Part shown: in pieces, positions 39,638 to 51,104 of the stretch
How the letters are laid out: every line of letters begins with the position of its first letter
Position numbering within the stretch: position 1 is the stretch's first letter
Source: Adineta vaga
Taxonomy: Eukaryota; Animalia; Rotifera
Length of the DNA: 64,000 nt
NCBI GenBank assembly: GCA_021613535.1
Contig: CP075492.1
Location: forward strand, 16,058,001-16,122,000
Direction of reading: 5' to 3'
Notes under the pieces: model-generated
What the model saw: the letters and a program-made list of their open reading frames with translations, nothing else
Told to the model about the DNA's origin: nothing
The model's database searches: none
Program-made: the position numbers and the translations under genes

Positions 39638-40994
39638 ATATTTAATACTTGCAAATATGAGTACAAACTGTACTTTATGTTTAAAAACCTAGAACGAATT
39701 ATCGTGCCCATGTAATTTTAATCACAATGAAGAAGAAAACGTGTTTTCAACCATCCGTCGAACTTCTCGACCGTTTTTTTGTCAGTATTTTTGCATCGAC
39801 AAATCGTAAGTATCAGAGCTCGAAACGAGGCAATATTTCACCATTTCAACTCGCTTCGCTTCGATTTTTGAAGGTGTTATCTAAACCAGTCGTGAGAATG
39901 CCGTGTACACGGAGAATATCTTCTATAGTTTTATAAATATGAATACAACTGAAAATAAATACGGTTAATTCTATCGTTTGAAACTGAAAAATATTTCTTC
40001 AGTATTCGAGAAAGACTTAGTCCGATCAGAAGACGAAAGCAAGACATATTCTATTTTGAAAACTATATCAAAATGGAAATCGAACAAAAGAAAAGCAGAT
40101 AGAAATTGTCTGGTCAGTTGATATTGGTTCAGCTTTTTATTGATAGAATTGAAGAACTAGTAAACAAATTTATGTATAGAGGTATTTCACGTGGCGGTAC
40201 TCACATCGCTTTGTTTCGGGCTCTGATAGGTATTTGCTTTATATTATTTATTCATCGAACAAATACTAAATAAGTAGATATCGATCAATTATGGTTGTAA
40301 CAAACAGAGTATTAAACTTCAAATGATTTACAAAGAATTTAGTTCGTCTATATATATGTTCAGTAGCACGGACCAAAATAAGTCCACCTTAATGAATTGT
40401 TCGACCTGATCTATACTTTGAAGGTTTATGTAGAAATATACAATGTACTGTGCTCGTGGACAATCTATCGTTATATCACTTGAACTTGATTCAATCGTTT
40501 ATTGTGATTATTTTGCTATAAATAAATACTGACTATATTTTCTTGAAAGAAAAAACAATCTTTTTAAAAGGAGATAATGAAATGATTTAATTAAAACATC
40601 GTATCCAAAATCATCATCATTGAAATCAAGAATATCATATTTATTCCAGATAATGAAAATTGATTTAATACTGATGATGTTGATCTAGGCTGGACAATAT
40701 TTATTCGATAAAATAACTTCTCTATTAAATCCGATGTTTGATTGGCCGTTTTTTCTGAATTACAATTATCTTCGTTACATATTGTTACAGTGTGATATCG
40801 AGGGAGTGATATCTATATGATATCACTTATCACTCTCTATACCTCGAACAGTTATATCTATTCATCTATGCTTTCTCCTTTGTTTTCTACATCTATATAA
40901 GACGCGTGTATTTTTGAAATAAAACAGAGATATATACGTGAACGCGTGCACACCCAGAAAATTCTCTCTCTTTCTATATCGACACACACTAACA

Positions 40995-41640
40995 CATATG
41001 ATCGTTTGAGAAGAACCTTCAACTAGAGCCGGTAATGCATTTGAGTAATAATATGTAAAGCTAATCGAAGTATCGTTACTCTTTAAATAAAAATATGAAT
41101 ATGTATATAATATATCAACAACAAACTTTACGATGTCACAATTTGCGTAGAAATTTGATGTGAAAAGAGGTCTCATGAAAATACATCTCGCTGTCTTATC
41201 CAGTGGTATACATTGCACAGTATTATTTGAAAACTTTCGGAAACATGAAGTGGCTTTGTTTGATAATGCGCCCATCAGTAATTGCCTTACACTTAGCGCA
41301 AATATGAGAAATTCGGTTTTTATTATATCAGCAGCCAAAACGAATCGACGAGCTTCTTCGAAAGAACAGAAATCATGTAAATTGCACATGGTGGTGATCT
41401 GTAAGAATTTTTTCTAAAGAAAATATAGAAAGAAATACCTCTTCTGTTATGAAAGTTATATCACCTTGTATTGAATAGAAATGTGACGCTGTCGAATCGT
41501 TAGACTGTTGTCTGATTTGATCTAAACTGGAGAAAACGATTGAAATGTCGTCTGGGATGTAATTCATTATAACAATAACAGCGCATCGATCTGCATTAAT
41601 TTCAGTTATATTTGTACCACATGGTTTTGGCTGCTTGTTT
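40995..41640 (-). pseudogene. 5'-truncated multi-exon Cys-rich (secreted-type) gene fragment abutting the telomeric array
   Basis: Exons 'KPCGTNITEINADRCAV...ITEE', 'ITTMCNLHDFCS...YANCDI' and 'SNDTSISFTYYYS...' are separated by short GT-AG introns. No signal peptide or ATG before the array. Confidence 0.5.
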
Positions 41641-41987
41641 TTGAGGGTGTGGGTGTGGGTGGGTGAGGGTGTGGGTGTGGGTGGGTGTGGGTGTGTGAGG
41701 GTGTGGGTGGGGGTGGGTGTGGTGTGGGTGTGGGTGGGTGAGGGTGAGGGTATGGGTGTGGGTGCGGGTGGGTGTGGGTGTGTGAGGGTGTGGGTGTGGG
41801 TCGATGTGGGTGTGGGTGGGTGTGGGTGTGGGTCGATGTGGGTGTGGGTGGGTGAGGGTGTGGGTGTGGGTGGGTGAGGGTATGGGTGGGTGTGGGTGTG
41901 GTGTGGGTGTGGGTGGGTGAGGGTGAGGGTATGGGTGTGGGTGCGGGTGGGTGAGGGTGTGGGTGAGGCTATGCTTTTCATCCTCAA
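41641..41987. repeat. Interstitial telomere-type array (TGTGGG/TGAGGG mix, ~330 bp) with family termini
   Basis: Begins ttgagggtgtggg and ends ...catcctcaa. TGTGGG and TGAGGG are reported bdelloid telomeric repeats. Confidence 0.9.
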
Positions 41988-42088
41988 CTATACGCTCTAG
42001 CCAAATACCACGGACTATCGACCACCATCGAGTGGCAACACAGATGACGCTTTGTTCGATGAATTAGCTGTTTTTCAAGAAGTGAATA

Positions 42089-42140
42089 TGTGGGGAGGGT
42101 GACAGCAGCATGAAAACGACCCACACCCTCACTCTCCACA
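42089..42140. repeat. Degenerate telomere-repeat palindrome
   Basis: tgtggggagggtga ... acccacaccctcactctccaca. Confidence 0.55.
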
Positions 42141-42435
42141 AACTACTTTTGAAAACGATCAAAAAAGAAATCCGCATCTAGATGTAAAGAGAAATTCATT
42201 TTTGCGTCGAAACGCGTCGGTTCTGAGTATTATGTTTACATAGGGATGGCGCTTTGAAAAGTTTAACCGATGTTGAAAAACATGATTTTGTGAAGCAATG
42301 CCAACGACAACAGATGCATAGACCGAATTAGTAATCTCTTCTGTGTTGCTTTGAGAAAGATCAATATAGTTCACTTGAAATACTAACCCATAATGGGATA
42401 AGTTTTTTCCAACACGACTAAGATGAGTTGTTAAG

Positions 42436-42897
42436 TAGAGCCTGGCGGTTCCAAGAAAAATAGAACCGAGAGCCGAACCGGAACCGTTATATTTTCAGTT
42501 TTCGTAACCGGAGCCGGAACCAAAACCGTAAGATAAAAAACGGTAGAACCGGCACCGGAACCGTTAGAACCGTAAAATCAAGTAATGACAACTGGTATCA
42601 ACTTGTTTTTTTATGATCGTTGAATGAACTTTTTGGAAAGTGATTCGTCGATCGATTTATCGCAATTGCTTTTTGATAAAATAGTAAATATGAACAATAC
42701 GAGAGAAAAAAATAGATATGATTGATAATTGAAACCAATGAACATTTTAAGACAACATTACTAAATTATAACGGTTCCATCTAAATTTTTCGGAACCGAC
42801 CGTAGAACCGATTTTATTCAATTTTGCTAGCCGGGACCGGAGCCGGAGCCGCGGTTCCGGTTCGGTTTCGGTTAATTTTTGGAACCGCCGGGCTCTA
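42436..42897. mobile_element. hAT-type MITE (462 bp)
   Basis: TIRs TAGAGCC[TC]GGCGGTTCCAA, perfect 8-bp TSD TTGTTAAG (42428-42435 and 42898-42905), many subterminal GAACCG motifs, non-coding. Confidence 0.9.
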
Positions 42898-43110
42898 TTG
42901 TTAAGTATAAAAAAAACATTACGAAGTTTTTAAAAGCATTATTGTTTTGCTTCTATTATTAGTTAAATATTTCCCTCAGTGAAAAAGAACCGTCTAGCAT
43001 TTATGAATGTATAAAATCAAAAGAAAATTTTTCATTTCTCATACAAATACAAGTTAACATCTCTTTTCTATTGGATTAATGAAATTTGATTAGGTGAAAA
43101 GTCTTGAAAA

Positions 43111-45303
43111 ATGAATACTGTAGTCAAATTGTTAATTATTTGCTTTCTTCAGTATAAAATTCATGGAAAACCAACAATACGAGTATGTATTGATAAACTA
43201 TAGGAAATATTTTTCTATGTATTTATATTTCAGACAGATCAATTGATAGAAACAAAAGCATATGAAAATCGTAAGTTATATAAATAAGAAACAAATACTC
43301 AAAACAGTTGTATTATTTCAATATAACTTTGATTCACTTTAAATCTTCATTTTTTAGCCAATCTGTTTGAAGGTGACATACTCTTTCCTCCTGTATCTAC
43401 ACTAACAAATGTAAGTTTATTTGCTATAACTTAATTAGCTATTTCCATATTTATACTTCAGCGTGGAGTTGCACTCCGTGGTTCTTCTGTACCATGGACA
43501 AATGGAATTATACCCTATGAAATTTTGCCAGGCTATGGTATATTCAGAGTTTTTATTAGTCTACGACCTCAATTTTACAAAGAGTCATTTTCTTTTGTAG
43601 CATCAACAGAAATATCCTTTATCATTGCAACAATGCAAAAAATGGAACGAATATTAGCGGTTAATAATTATAAATGCATTCAATTTCGACCAAAGATTTC
43701 ATCTGATCCTTATTATATAACTATTGTTAATGGATTTGGATGTTCATCTTATGTAAAAAAAAAAACTTTTTCCCCGAAAAAATCACGTTTATTTTTCATT
43801 TTTATTCCAGATTGGACAAAATACTGGTGAGAGTATGACGCGTACTGTTACATTACAACATCCTGGATGTATTGATGACGGAAGAGTTATGCATGAATTA
43901 TTACATGCATTGGGTAATATATTCAGACGGTTATATTGTAAAGAATACGTAAAAACGAAGAAATGTTTTATTATAGGTTTTTACCATGAACAATCACGGC
44001 CAGATCGTGATCAATATGTTAGAGTTAACTATGAAAATATTCAATCAGGTAAAGAGAGAAATATGTTTTTATGAAAACATCTCTATTCATTTCCTTAATA
44101 ATATAGGCATGGAACATAATTTTGATAAATATTCGAACACAGTTGTAGATACACAAAATACGTCCTATGATTATCAATCTGTTATGCATTATCAATTAAA
44201 TGCTTTTTCAAACAATGGTCTCCCAACAATAGAACCACTTAGAGAAAATATTCGTATTGGACAACTTGATAATATGAGTTCAATTGATATAGAAGAAGTT
44301 CGATTATTCTATAACTGTTCATCAACTGATGTTACATTACCACCAATTCCAACAACAACAATAACAGGTAAACAATACATATATACCCAGGTCAAATCTT
44401 CCCCATCGGATCCGATGGGATTTTGTCGGAAAGCATCGGATCCTTGATACAGGAATCCGATCGGAAGCTGTCGGATATCGGAAAGTGGTGGTTTTACAGG
44501 GTTCTGACAGGATCCCCAACATGTCCCACATTTTCCGACATCCGACAACTTCCGGTCGGATTCCTGTACCAAGGATTCCGACGCTTTCCGACAAATTCCT
44601 ATCGGGACCGACAAAGTCCGATGTCTTCCCCCGTAGGATCCGACGAGATCCGACTGTCGGATTGTTCGCCCTGGGTATATATATAAAGTAAATGTATATA
44701 TGTGTATGTTGTCCTTCTATACTCACAAATTCAGTATAAAGTGTCTGAAAATTTTTTATTAAATAGCTAATTTATATATGACAAATACAACAATTTCAGC
44801 GTCATTAACAACTGATAATCCAAAATATACTCGTTTCAATGGTACAGGATCCAATTACTTTTACGATCAATATTCAATCATTGTTCCTGTCACTGGTTCT
44901 TATATATTCATGAGTATTAGCTCAATTGATACTTTTTGTCAATTTTATGGTCCTAGAGCATATGCTAGATATTATACAACAATTGCATATAATAATAATG
45001 ATGGTGATGAAAATCAATTTAAAATTCAGATGTATCTTCAAGAATCAACACGATACATTATGCGAGTAACAACATATAATCAAAATATCGTTGGAGACTA
45101 TAGAATTTTAGCTTCTGGATTAACAACAGTTAATATTGAGAAAACTGTTGATTCTTCTTTGCCATCATTAAATCATAGTCCACGAACAATTGGTAAAAAG
45201 AGTTTTTAAACATCATTCTTTCATATTTCTTATTTTCTTAATATATTTAGGAACGATTTCAAACAAACTTTATTACATTCTTTTGTTTTTCTTATTGCAT
45301 TAA
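43111..45303 (+). CDS. Astacin (M12A) zinc metalloprotease with C-terminal beta-domain and hydrophobic tail, multi-exon
   Basis: Signal peptide MNTVVKLLIICFL, pro-peptide 'LFEGDI', zinc motif HELLHALG|FYHEQSRPDRD split by an intron, Met-turn 'SVMHY'. About 10 exons. Confidence 0.9.
44386..44675. mobile_element. TA-flanked palindromic MITE in an astacin intron
   Basis: tata|CCCAGG...CCTGGG|tata; GC-rich, with long internal inverted repeats rich in TCGGA/TCCGA. Confidence 0.8.
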
Positions 45304-45413
45304 AACTCCAAATATATAACCATGAACTATACAATTGACTTGTTTAATTCAACATATTTTTACTTTTTACAGTTTTTTGAAAATTTTTCCGAAGTTCAAA
45401 TAAACGTCAATAA

Positions 45414-45491
45414 ATCTTGAGGATATGGGTGTTCTCTTTCATTATGCACTCTCTCATACCACTCATACCCACCCTTCCTCACCCTCAAGAT
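45414..45491. repeat. Telomere-repeat palindrome with both termini
   Basis: atcttgaggatatgggtg ... catacccacccttcctcaccctcaagat. Confidence 0.75.
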
Positions 45492-45550
45492 GGTTCTCCA
45501 TGAAGAATAACTAAAGATAAAACATCACCATTTAACTTGCCTGTAATACA

Positions 45551-45605
45551 GAGGGTGGGTGTGAGTGGTATTGATCTGTAAATATGCTACCCACACCCAC
45601 ACCCA
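45551..45605. repeat. Telomere-repeat palindrome abutting a 5'-truncated gene
   Basis: gagggtgggtgtgagtggta ... tacccacacccacaccca. Confidence 0.7.
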
Positions 45606-45608
45606 TGC

Positions 45609-47135
45609 TTGAGTTTGGTGAAATTATTCTTCTCTGCATTGATTCCATTAACTATTGGTCTGTTTACTGTGATCACTACAATTCAACAGCAACAATTTTC
45701 CTCTGCACAACGTGAACAAGACAAACAGGATGCCCTTCTCTTGAGACAGTCTGATCTTCAGGCAGAAAATTTACACAAAGAAAAGGTTTACGCCACCTAT
45801 CTTGATGACTTCTCAGAACTGTTCACAATGAATAATAGCAAAGATACGTTGATGAAAACCCGCGCTAAAACATTGGCTACTCTTCGACAACTCGATGCTG
45901 AACGGAAAAAACAATTTCGTCCGTATCGAAAGTCGACGAGGCTGACTTCAATGAAGTTTATTTTCGAGGAACAGTAGATGCTAGTTGTTCGTTTATGTAC
46001 CTCTACTTACATTATGTTTATTTATCGAATGCATCGTTCATCAGCTGTTTCATTGATCGTTCAAACTTTTCTTTTTCCATCATGTATAAGACAGTTTTTA
46101 CTAAAACTCGATTCTTACGAACATCTTTCAGATTTGCACTATTAGGTAAAGCAGATTTTAGTCTAGCCACATTTTTCCAGATGGATTTCGTTGGAGCATC
46201 GCTAGTCGAGTGTGATCTTACTGGTGCTAGATGGGTTAATGAATAAATTGATTTTATAGGTACGAACTTGACAGGAGCAATTATACCCGATCAGCTGTTG
46301 AAAACATCGAATCTGCACAATTCCATCTTGCCTAATGGAACATGGGGGCCTATTCTAGGCAGAAATCTAGTGGTTAATGATGATGCTGATCAGAACGTGA
46401 GCATATGCTTTACTATTTTTCCTTAAATCTCTAAAAAATAGGTGGTACAAACTCGATCTTTTCTCTTGAAGTCATAAGTTTTGAATATTATATGACTGAA
46501 AAATCTACTGTTTATCTCATGAATAAACCGATTCGGAATACATTAAATGACTACCATTTTCTATTATTTACATTGACCTAGTTTTATCAAAACATTGCGT
46601 GAGTAATAAATTTTCTCGACTCATAAAATTTTATTTTCAGAATCTGATAACCAAAAGTACACATCTGACTGGCTGGACGGTCTCAGCTCCTGGAAAACTA
46701 AGTTTCATTGCGTACAGCAATCAGAACTCTACAACAGACTTCGGGAAATACTATTTTCGAGTGACATCATCATATAGTTTAAATCATTCGATATCTATGT
46801 CTCAAAATATTTCTTTTGATGAGTTCATTCTGTTGATCTCAGCCGGTATCGCTCGTTATAACGTATCCGCCGATTACCAATGTTCGGGCAACCATTACGG
46901 ATATCTACAACTTATCTTCATCGATATGAATGGTTTAACATATGGTCTTATATATCGAGGTAAAACCATATCACAAAAATTGATTTCTTTTCCAGTCCTT
47001 TGGCACTTTTTATTTCCTAATTTAGGAACCAAGAGTAAAATGCAAATCGAACGTCTGAAAAACAGCAATACTATTAACGAAGAAAACTATTGTACCGTTG
47101 ACAATATCCAATTTTTCATTACAAAAGTTGACTAG
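45609..47135 (+). pseudogene. Pentapeptide-repeat membrane protein pseudogene
   Basis: TM helix, coiled coil, 'RAKTLATLRQLD', pentapeptide repeats and 'LPNGT'. No ATG, a frameshifting deletion near 45910 and an in-frame TAA at 46244-46246. Paralogue of 59824-61896. Confidence 0.75.
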
Positions 47136-47142
47136 TAACGAA

Positions 47143-47193
47143 TGAGAGTGTGGGTGTGGAGAGAATGTCTTTTTCTTACCCACCCTCACACCT
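47143..47193. repeat. Telomere-repeat palindrome
   Basis: tgagagtgtgggtgtggagag ... cttacccaccctcacacct; starts 8 bp after the stop at 47135. Confidence 0.65.
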
Positions 47194-47503
47194 TGTTTTC
47201 TTACGACTGTATTTGTTTCTGTTACACTATATCGAAATGTTTCAGAAAGATGGTCAAATAAAGATTTTATGAGTAACGAATCGATAGAAATCGTCAAGTT
47301 AATCTTGTTCAAAGATATCTTATATTTACTTTTTCTGTTGAGACTCGCAATAGTAATATAAAATTATCCTCTTATCTATTCATAAGAAAGCATGAGAATT
47401 GTTATCAATACCTATGTAGATCAACTCCATTTTGTTTGAGGAAAAAAAGAGAAAAGAGAATTTGTATTCTATATTCTTTCAATATCATATATACTATAGC
47501 AAA

Positions 47504-48410
47504 ATGAAGAAAATTTTGTTAATATTGTATCTATTGATAATTAGTTACATCAGTGTCATAAACAGTATACCTGCTACTCCTGAAAATATCAATCATACCC
47601 GAGACAGTGCCTTTCGTCGATCAAGTATTTTGACAAAAACAGATCAATATGATCCTCGCCGCGGTACAGTCCGTAATTCTAACATTCCACTCGCTGATGA
47701 TTGTGCTTTACGAGCATTTACTGTCGAGACGGTCTCATACATTCAGCCTAATGCATCTCGGAGCAACTGGACGGCACTCAGTGAAAGTGCTTTACAAATG
47801 AATGAATGTCGTGGTCAGAAACCGTTCACTATTCGAAAATCATTTGAATCAATGCAGATAACACAAAATAAGGATCGTTTTCGAGCTATATTCTGTCTCT
47901 GACACGCAATCTACAGATCGTGCACGGCAATAAAATTATATTATGCATTATTATACGTGGTGATACTTACTATCTTGGAACATATGCGACCACTAATAGT
48001 AGTCAAATTGGTGCTATTTCTTTAACAAGTAATGACAGTAATCTAGTCATTGAAAACTACAAAGATGAACGCGTCATTCTCAGTGGTGGTATACTTTTGC
48101 AATTGCAATGGTCTGTTCAAAAGAAGACGTCTGCCGGTGGTACAATTATGAAAGCTTTGATACTACCGAACGTTAAATTGAATGATTTCAATGAACTATA
48201 CATTGACGATAACGAAGAGTCATTGTTGCAAAATATCCAATTGGTGATCCTTCTACTCAAGACTTGTACGGCAAAGGACCAGGATTCTCATACGATGCTG
48301 AATTTTGGTGACAATCGGAATTTAATCGCAGTCAAGCAATTCATATAGCAGAACCTTTTCGCAATGGAACACATTTTAGCCATTATCAAATCGAATTGAA
48401 TGGTGGTGCA
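47504..48410 (+). pseudogene. 3'-truncated, frameshifted secreted protein of right-handed beta-helix / GH141-like N-terminal type; HGT candidate
   Basis: Signal peptide, 'IRGDTYYL', 'LTSNDSNLVIENYKDERVILSGG' and 'ELYIDD..R.IVAKYP'. Frameshifts; coding-like sequence ends at the palindrome at 48409. Confidence 0.65.
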
Positions 48411-48473
48411 TCTTGAGGGTGTGGGTGTCAGTTAAGAAGATATACTCTCATCCTCACCCACACCGTCAAGATG
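48409..48473. repeat. Best-preserved telomere-repeat palindrome
   Basis: catcttgagggtgtgggtg - 27-bp spacer - cacccacaccgtcaagatg; 18 of 19 arm positions are complementary. Confidence 0.85.
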
Positions 48474-48641
48474 TAGAATTTCATGTTCTATCTTACTAGT
48501 CTATTGAAAGTAAAATTCAGAAGGGTGACATATTTCATATCTTATTCAGTGGGGTCCTTTTATTTAATTTTAACAAAACAATTTGAGGAAAAAAATATTT
48601 AAATCTTTTCTTCATTTCTTCGAACTTAAAAAAACTTTGTT

Positions 48642-50215
48642 TTATTCAGAAATTAAATCAAATTTTTGCACTCGATGATTGTCATAATCAACAACATAAA
48701 GATTTCCTTCAATATCAAATGATAAATCATGCGGAGTAGACAATTGATTTGAAACATTTCCATATCCATTTCCACCAACAATTATTTCACCTTCTCCGTT
48801 TCCTTTACACCAACGTATTATTCGATGATTCCAAGTATCTGCAATATAAATTCTACCCAAACCATCAACAACTATTCCCATAGGAAGAGACAATTGATTA
48901 AGATTATTTCCTCTTCCATTTCCTCCAGCAACAAGAATTCCTTCTTGTGCATCTTTTTTCCATTTCATTACACGATCATTCTCTCTGTCTGAAACATAAA
49001 TTGATTGTTCATCATCAACAAAAATAGAGGTGGGATAATTTAATTGGTTAAGATGATTTCCTTTTCCATTTCCACCAGCAACTAATTTTCCTTCTTTTCC
49101 TTTTTCTTCTCCAATTTTCCACTTTCTCACTTCATTCTTCCCAAAATCAGAAACATAAACAAATCCATATTTATCCATTGCTAAATTGCCACAGGTAATA
49201 TTTTCAATGAGAATTTCTTGTTGATTTTGATTCAACAACCATTGAATAACTCGACTATTCCCCCAATCAGCAATGATCAAAGAATTATTTTGTTCATCAA
49301 TAATCACATCTTGTGGCCAATACAGTTGGTCAATTCTACTTCCATTTCCATTTCCACCTGCGACAATTTTTCCTTGATTTTCATTTAATTTCCATTGAAC
49401 AATTCGATGATTCCAGAAATCAGCAATAAAAATATTTTGATTTTTATCAATAAAAATTCCATTAGCACCATAGAGTTGATTTAAATCGTCTCCTCTTCCA
49501 TTTCCTCCAGCAACAGTCGTTGCACTTTGCTTCCATTTGTTGAATTGTATTCCTAAAATAGGACACATCAAAGAAAAGTGACATTTCCCTGATTAAGTTT
49601 TCAAAATTCTTTTTTTCAATTTCCACCATTTTAAATAGACTATTCGATATATTTTCTATAACATTAATTACTCCAGTTTAAAAACATTATACTCAGTTTA
49701 CTTCTTGTTGTCGTTTCATTTGTCACTATTCATCGATACAAATCATTTAAATTAAACACATTTTCCTCTTACCAGTTAATAATGGTGGACAAATATTTTC
49801 TGTAATCATCGACGATGGATAACAAACTGGAGAACTACTACATCGACGATGATGAACACAAACATGATCTGTATTAGAACATTCTTGTGATGAACCACAT
49901 GGAACAAGCTGTGAACAGGATCTCCAAAGAAAACCACAGACACCAACATCATCAGCACCTACCATAGGAAAGCATCCACAACCACTATTACTCGAACATC
50001 GACCATATGCAACTGTGCTGTCACATATTTGAGAGTATACTTCAACTACTCAAGAGAATTAAATTTTAAATGGATATATAACATGAAATAGTAAACAAAC
50101 CTATCGAACTAAAATGAAACAGATTTATTTTTAATATAATTCAGATAAAACAAAAGTTTCAATACCTTAAAAGAAGAAAAATGAAGCAGCCTAGTGTTAT
50201 ATTTGTTGTCCTCAT
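48642..50215 (-). CDS. Secreted Cys-rich-domain + NHL-repeat protein, multi-exon
   Basis: Six NHL repeats ('VAGGNG.G..LNQL..P') in the last exon, an upstream Cys-rich exon (~49771-50049) and small signal-peptide exons from the ATG at 50215. Confidence 0.8.
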
Positions 50216-50675
50216 AAACGGGATTGAATTGAGAAACTATTGTCATAAAATTGTGTCTGTATTCTTTGTAATATATAGATATCATTTATTGCAGTGATAT
50301 AACAAAAGTGAATCGCACATAATCCTTTAATAGTTGAAAATATGATTGTGTCTTTGTGAATTTTAGTCTATTTAATCCTATAGTCAAATGTGTCACTTCT
50401 GCGTTCCGTTCTCTGTAACGGGGAACGGAGAACGGAAGTATTGTTTTCAAACATAAGAACCTGGGGGAAAGTATTTAGTCTTTCTATTAACCGATTACGA
50501 AACTTGAAAGATAATGACAGCTGATCTTTTATTAAAATTGAAGAATACGCATAAACCAGCCAAAAAAATATAGAAAGATGGAAAAGTTCGATATTTGAAT
50601 ATGATTCTATAATGTTTGTGCTATATATGTATCTTAAAGAGTAAAAATATCATTCTTACTAACTTAATCTTGTAA

Positions 50676-50879
50676 TTAACAACGACTACGATCAGCAGCG
50701 CGACAAGTAAAGGGACTGCATTCACTAAGAGCAGATACATGAAGACAACAATTCGGAAAATTAGGATGAGTACAAGCTTGACGATGTTTGATTAATTCAT
50801 AGAAAGGATTATTACGACTTACAACTTCACTTATTGTTATTAAAACGATGAAACTGAAGATCAAATAAATCTTTTGCAT
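50676..50879 (-). CDS. Small secreted six-cysteine peptide precursor
   Basis: 67 aa: signal peptide, short pro-region ending KHR, and a mature part with C-CC-C-C-C. Confidence 0.65.
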   Translation of the reverse strand: MQKIYLIFSFIVLITISEVVSRNNPFYELIKHRQACTHPNFPNCCLHVSALSECSPFTCRAADRSRC

Positions 50880-51104
50880 TTTTTCAAAATTTCAATTCAA
50901 TACTTGACTTTGTAAATGATATTATTCTACAATTATACTTCGATCGTATATACGATATAGATTAAAAATATATTGCGGAGGGCGTGAGTGAAGATTCTTG
51001 CAAATAATCTCGACTTTTAACGATTGATATTTTTGGTATAGTTTTAATTAAAAGAAAACTCTTCGATATGATGGAAATATTTTATTTAATATCTAAATAA
51101 TTTT

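Noticed and set aside
41373-41987. Pro/Thr/His-rich and Val/Gly/Trp-rich ORFs
   Set aside because: They are translations of the telomere-type array, not credible proteins.
44309-44726. Four overlapping short ORFs
   Set aside because: They arise from the GC-rich intronic MITE.
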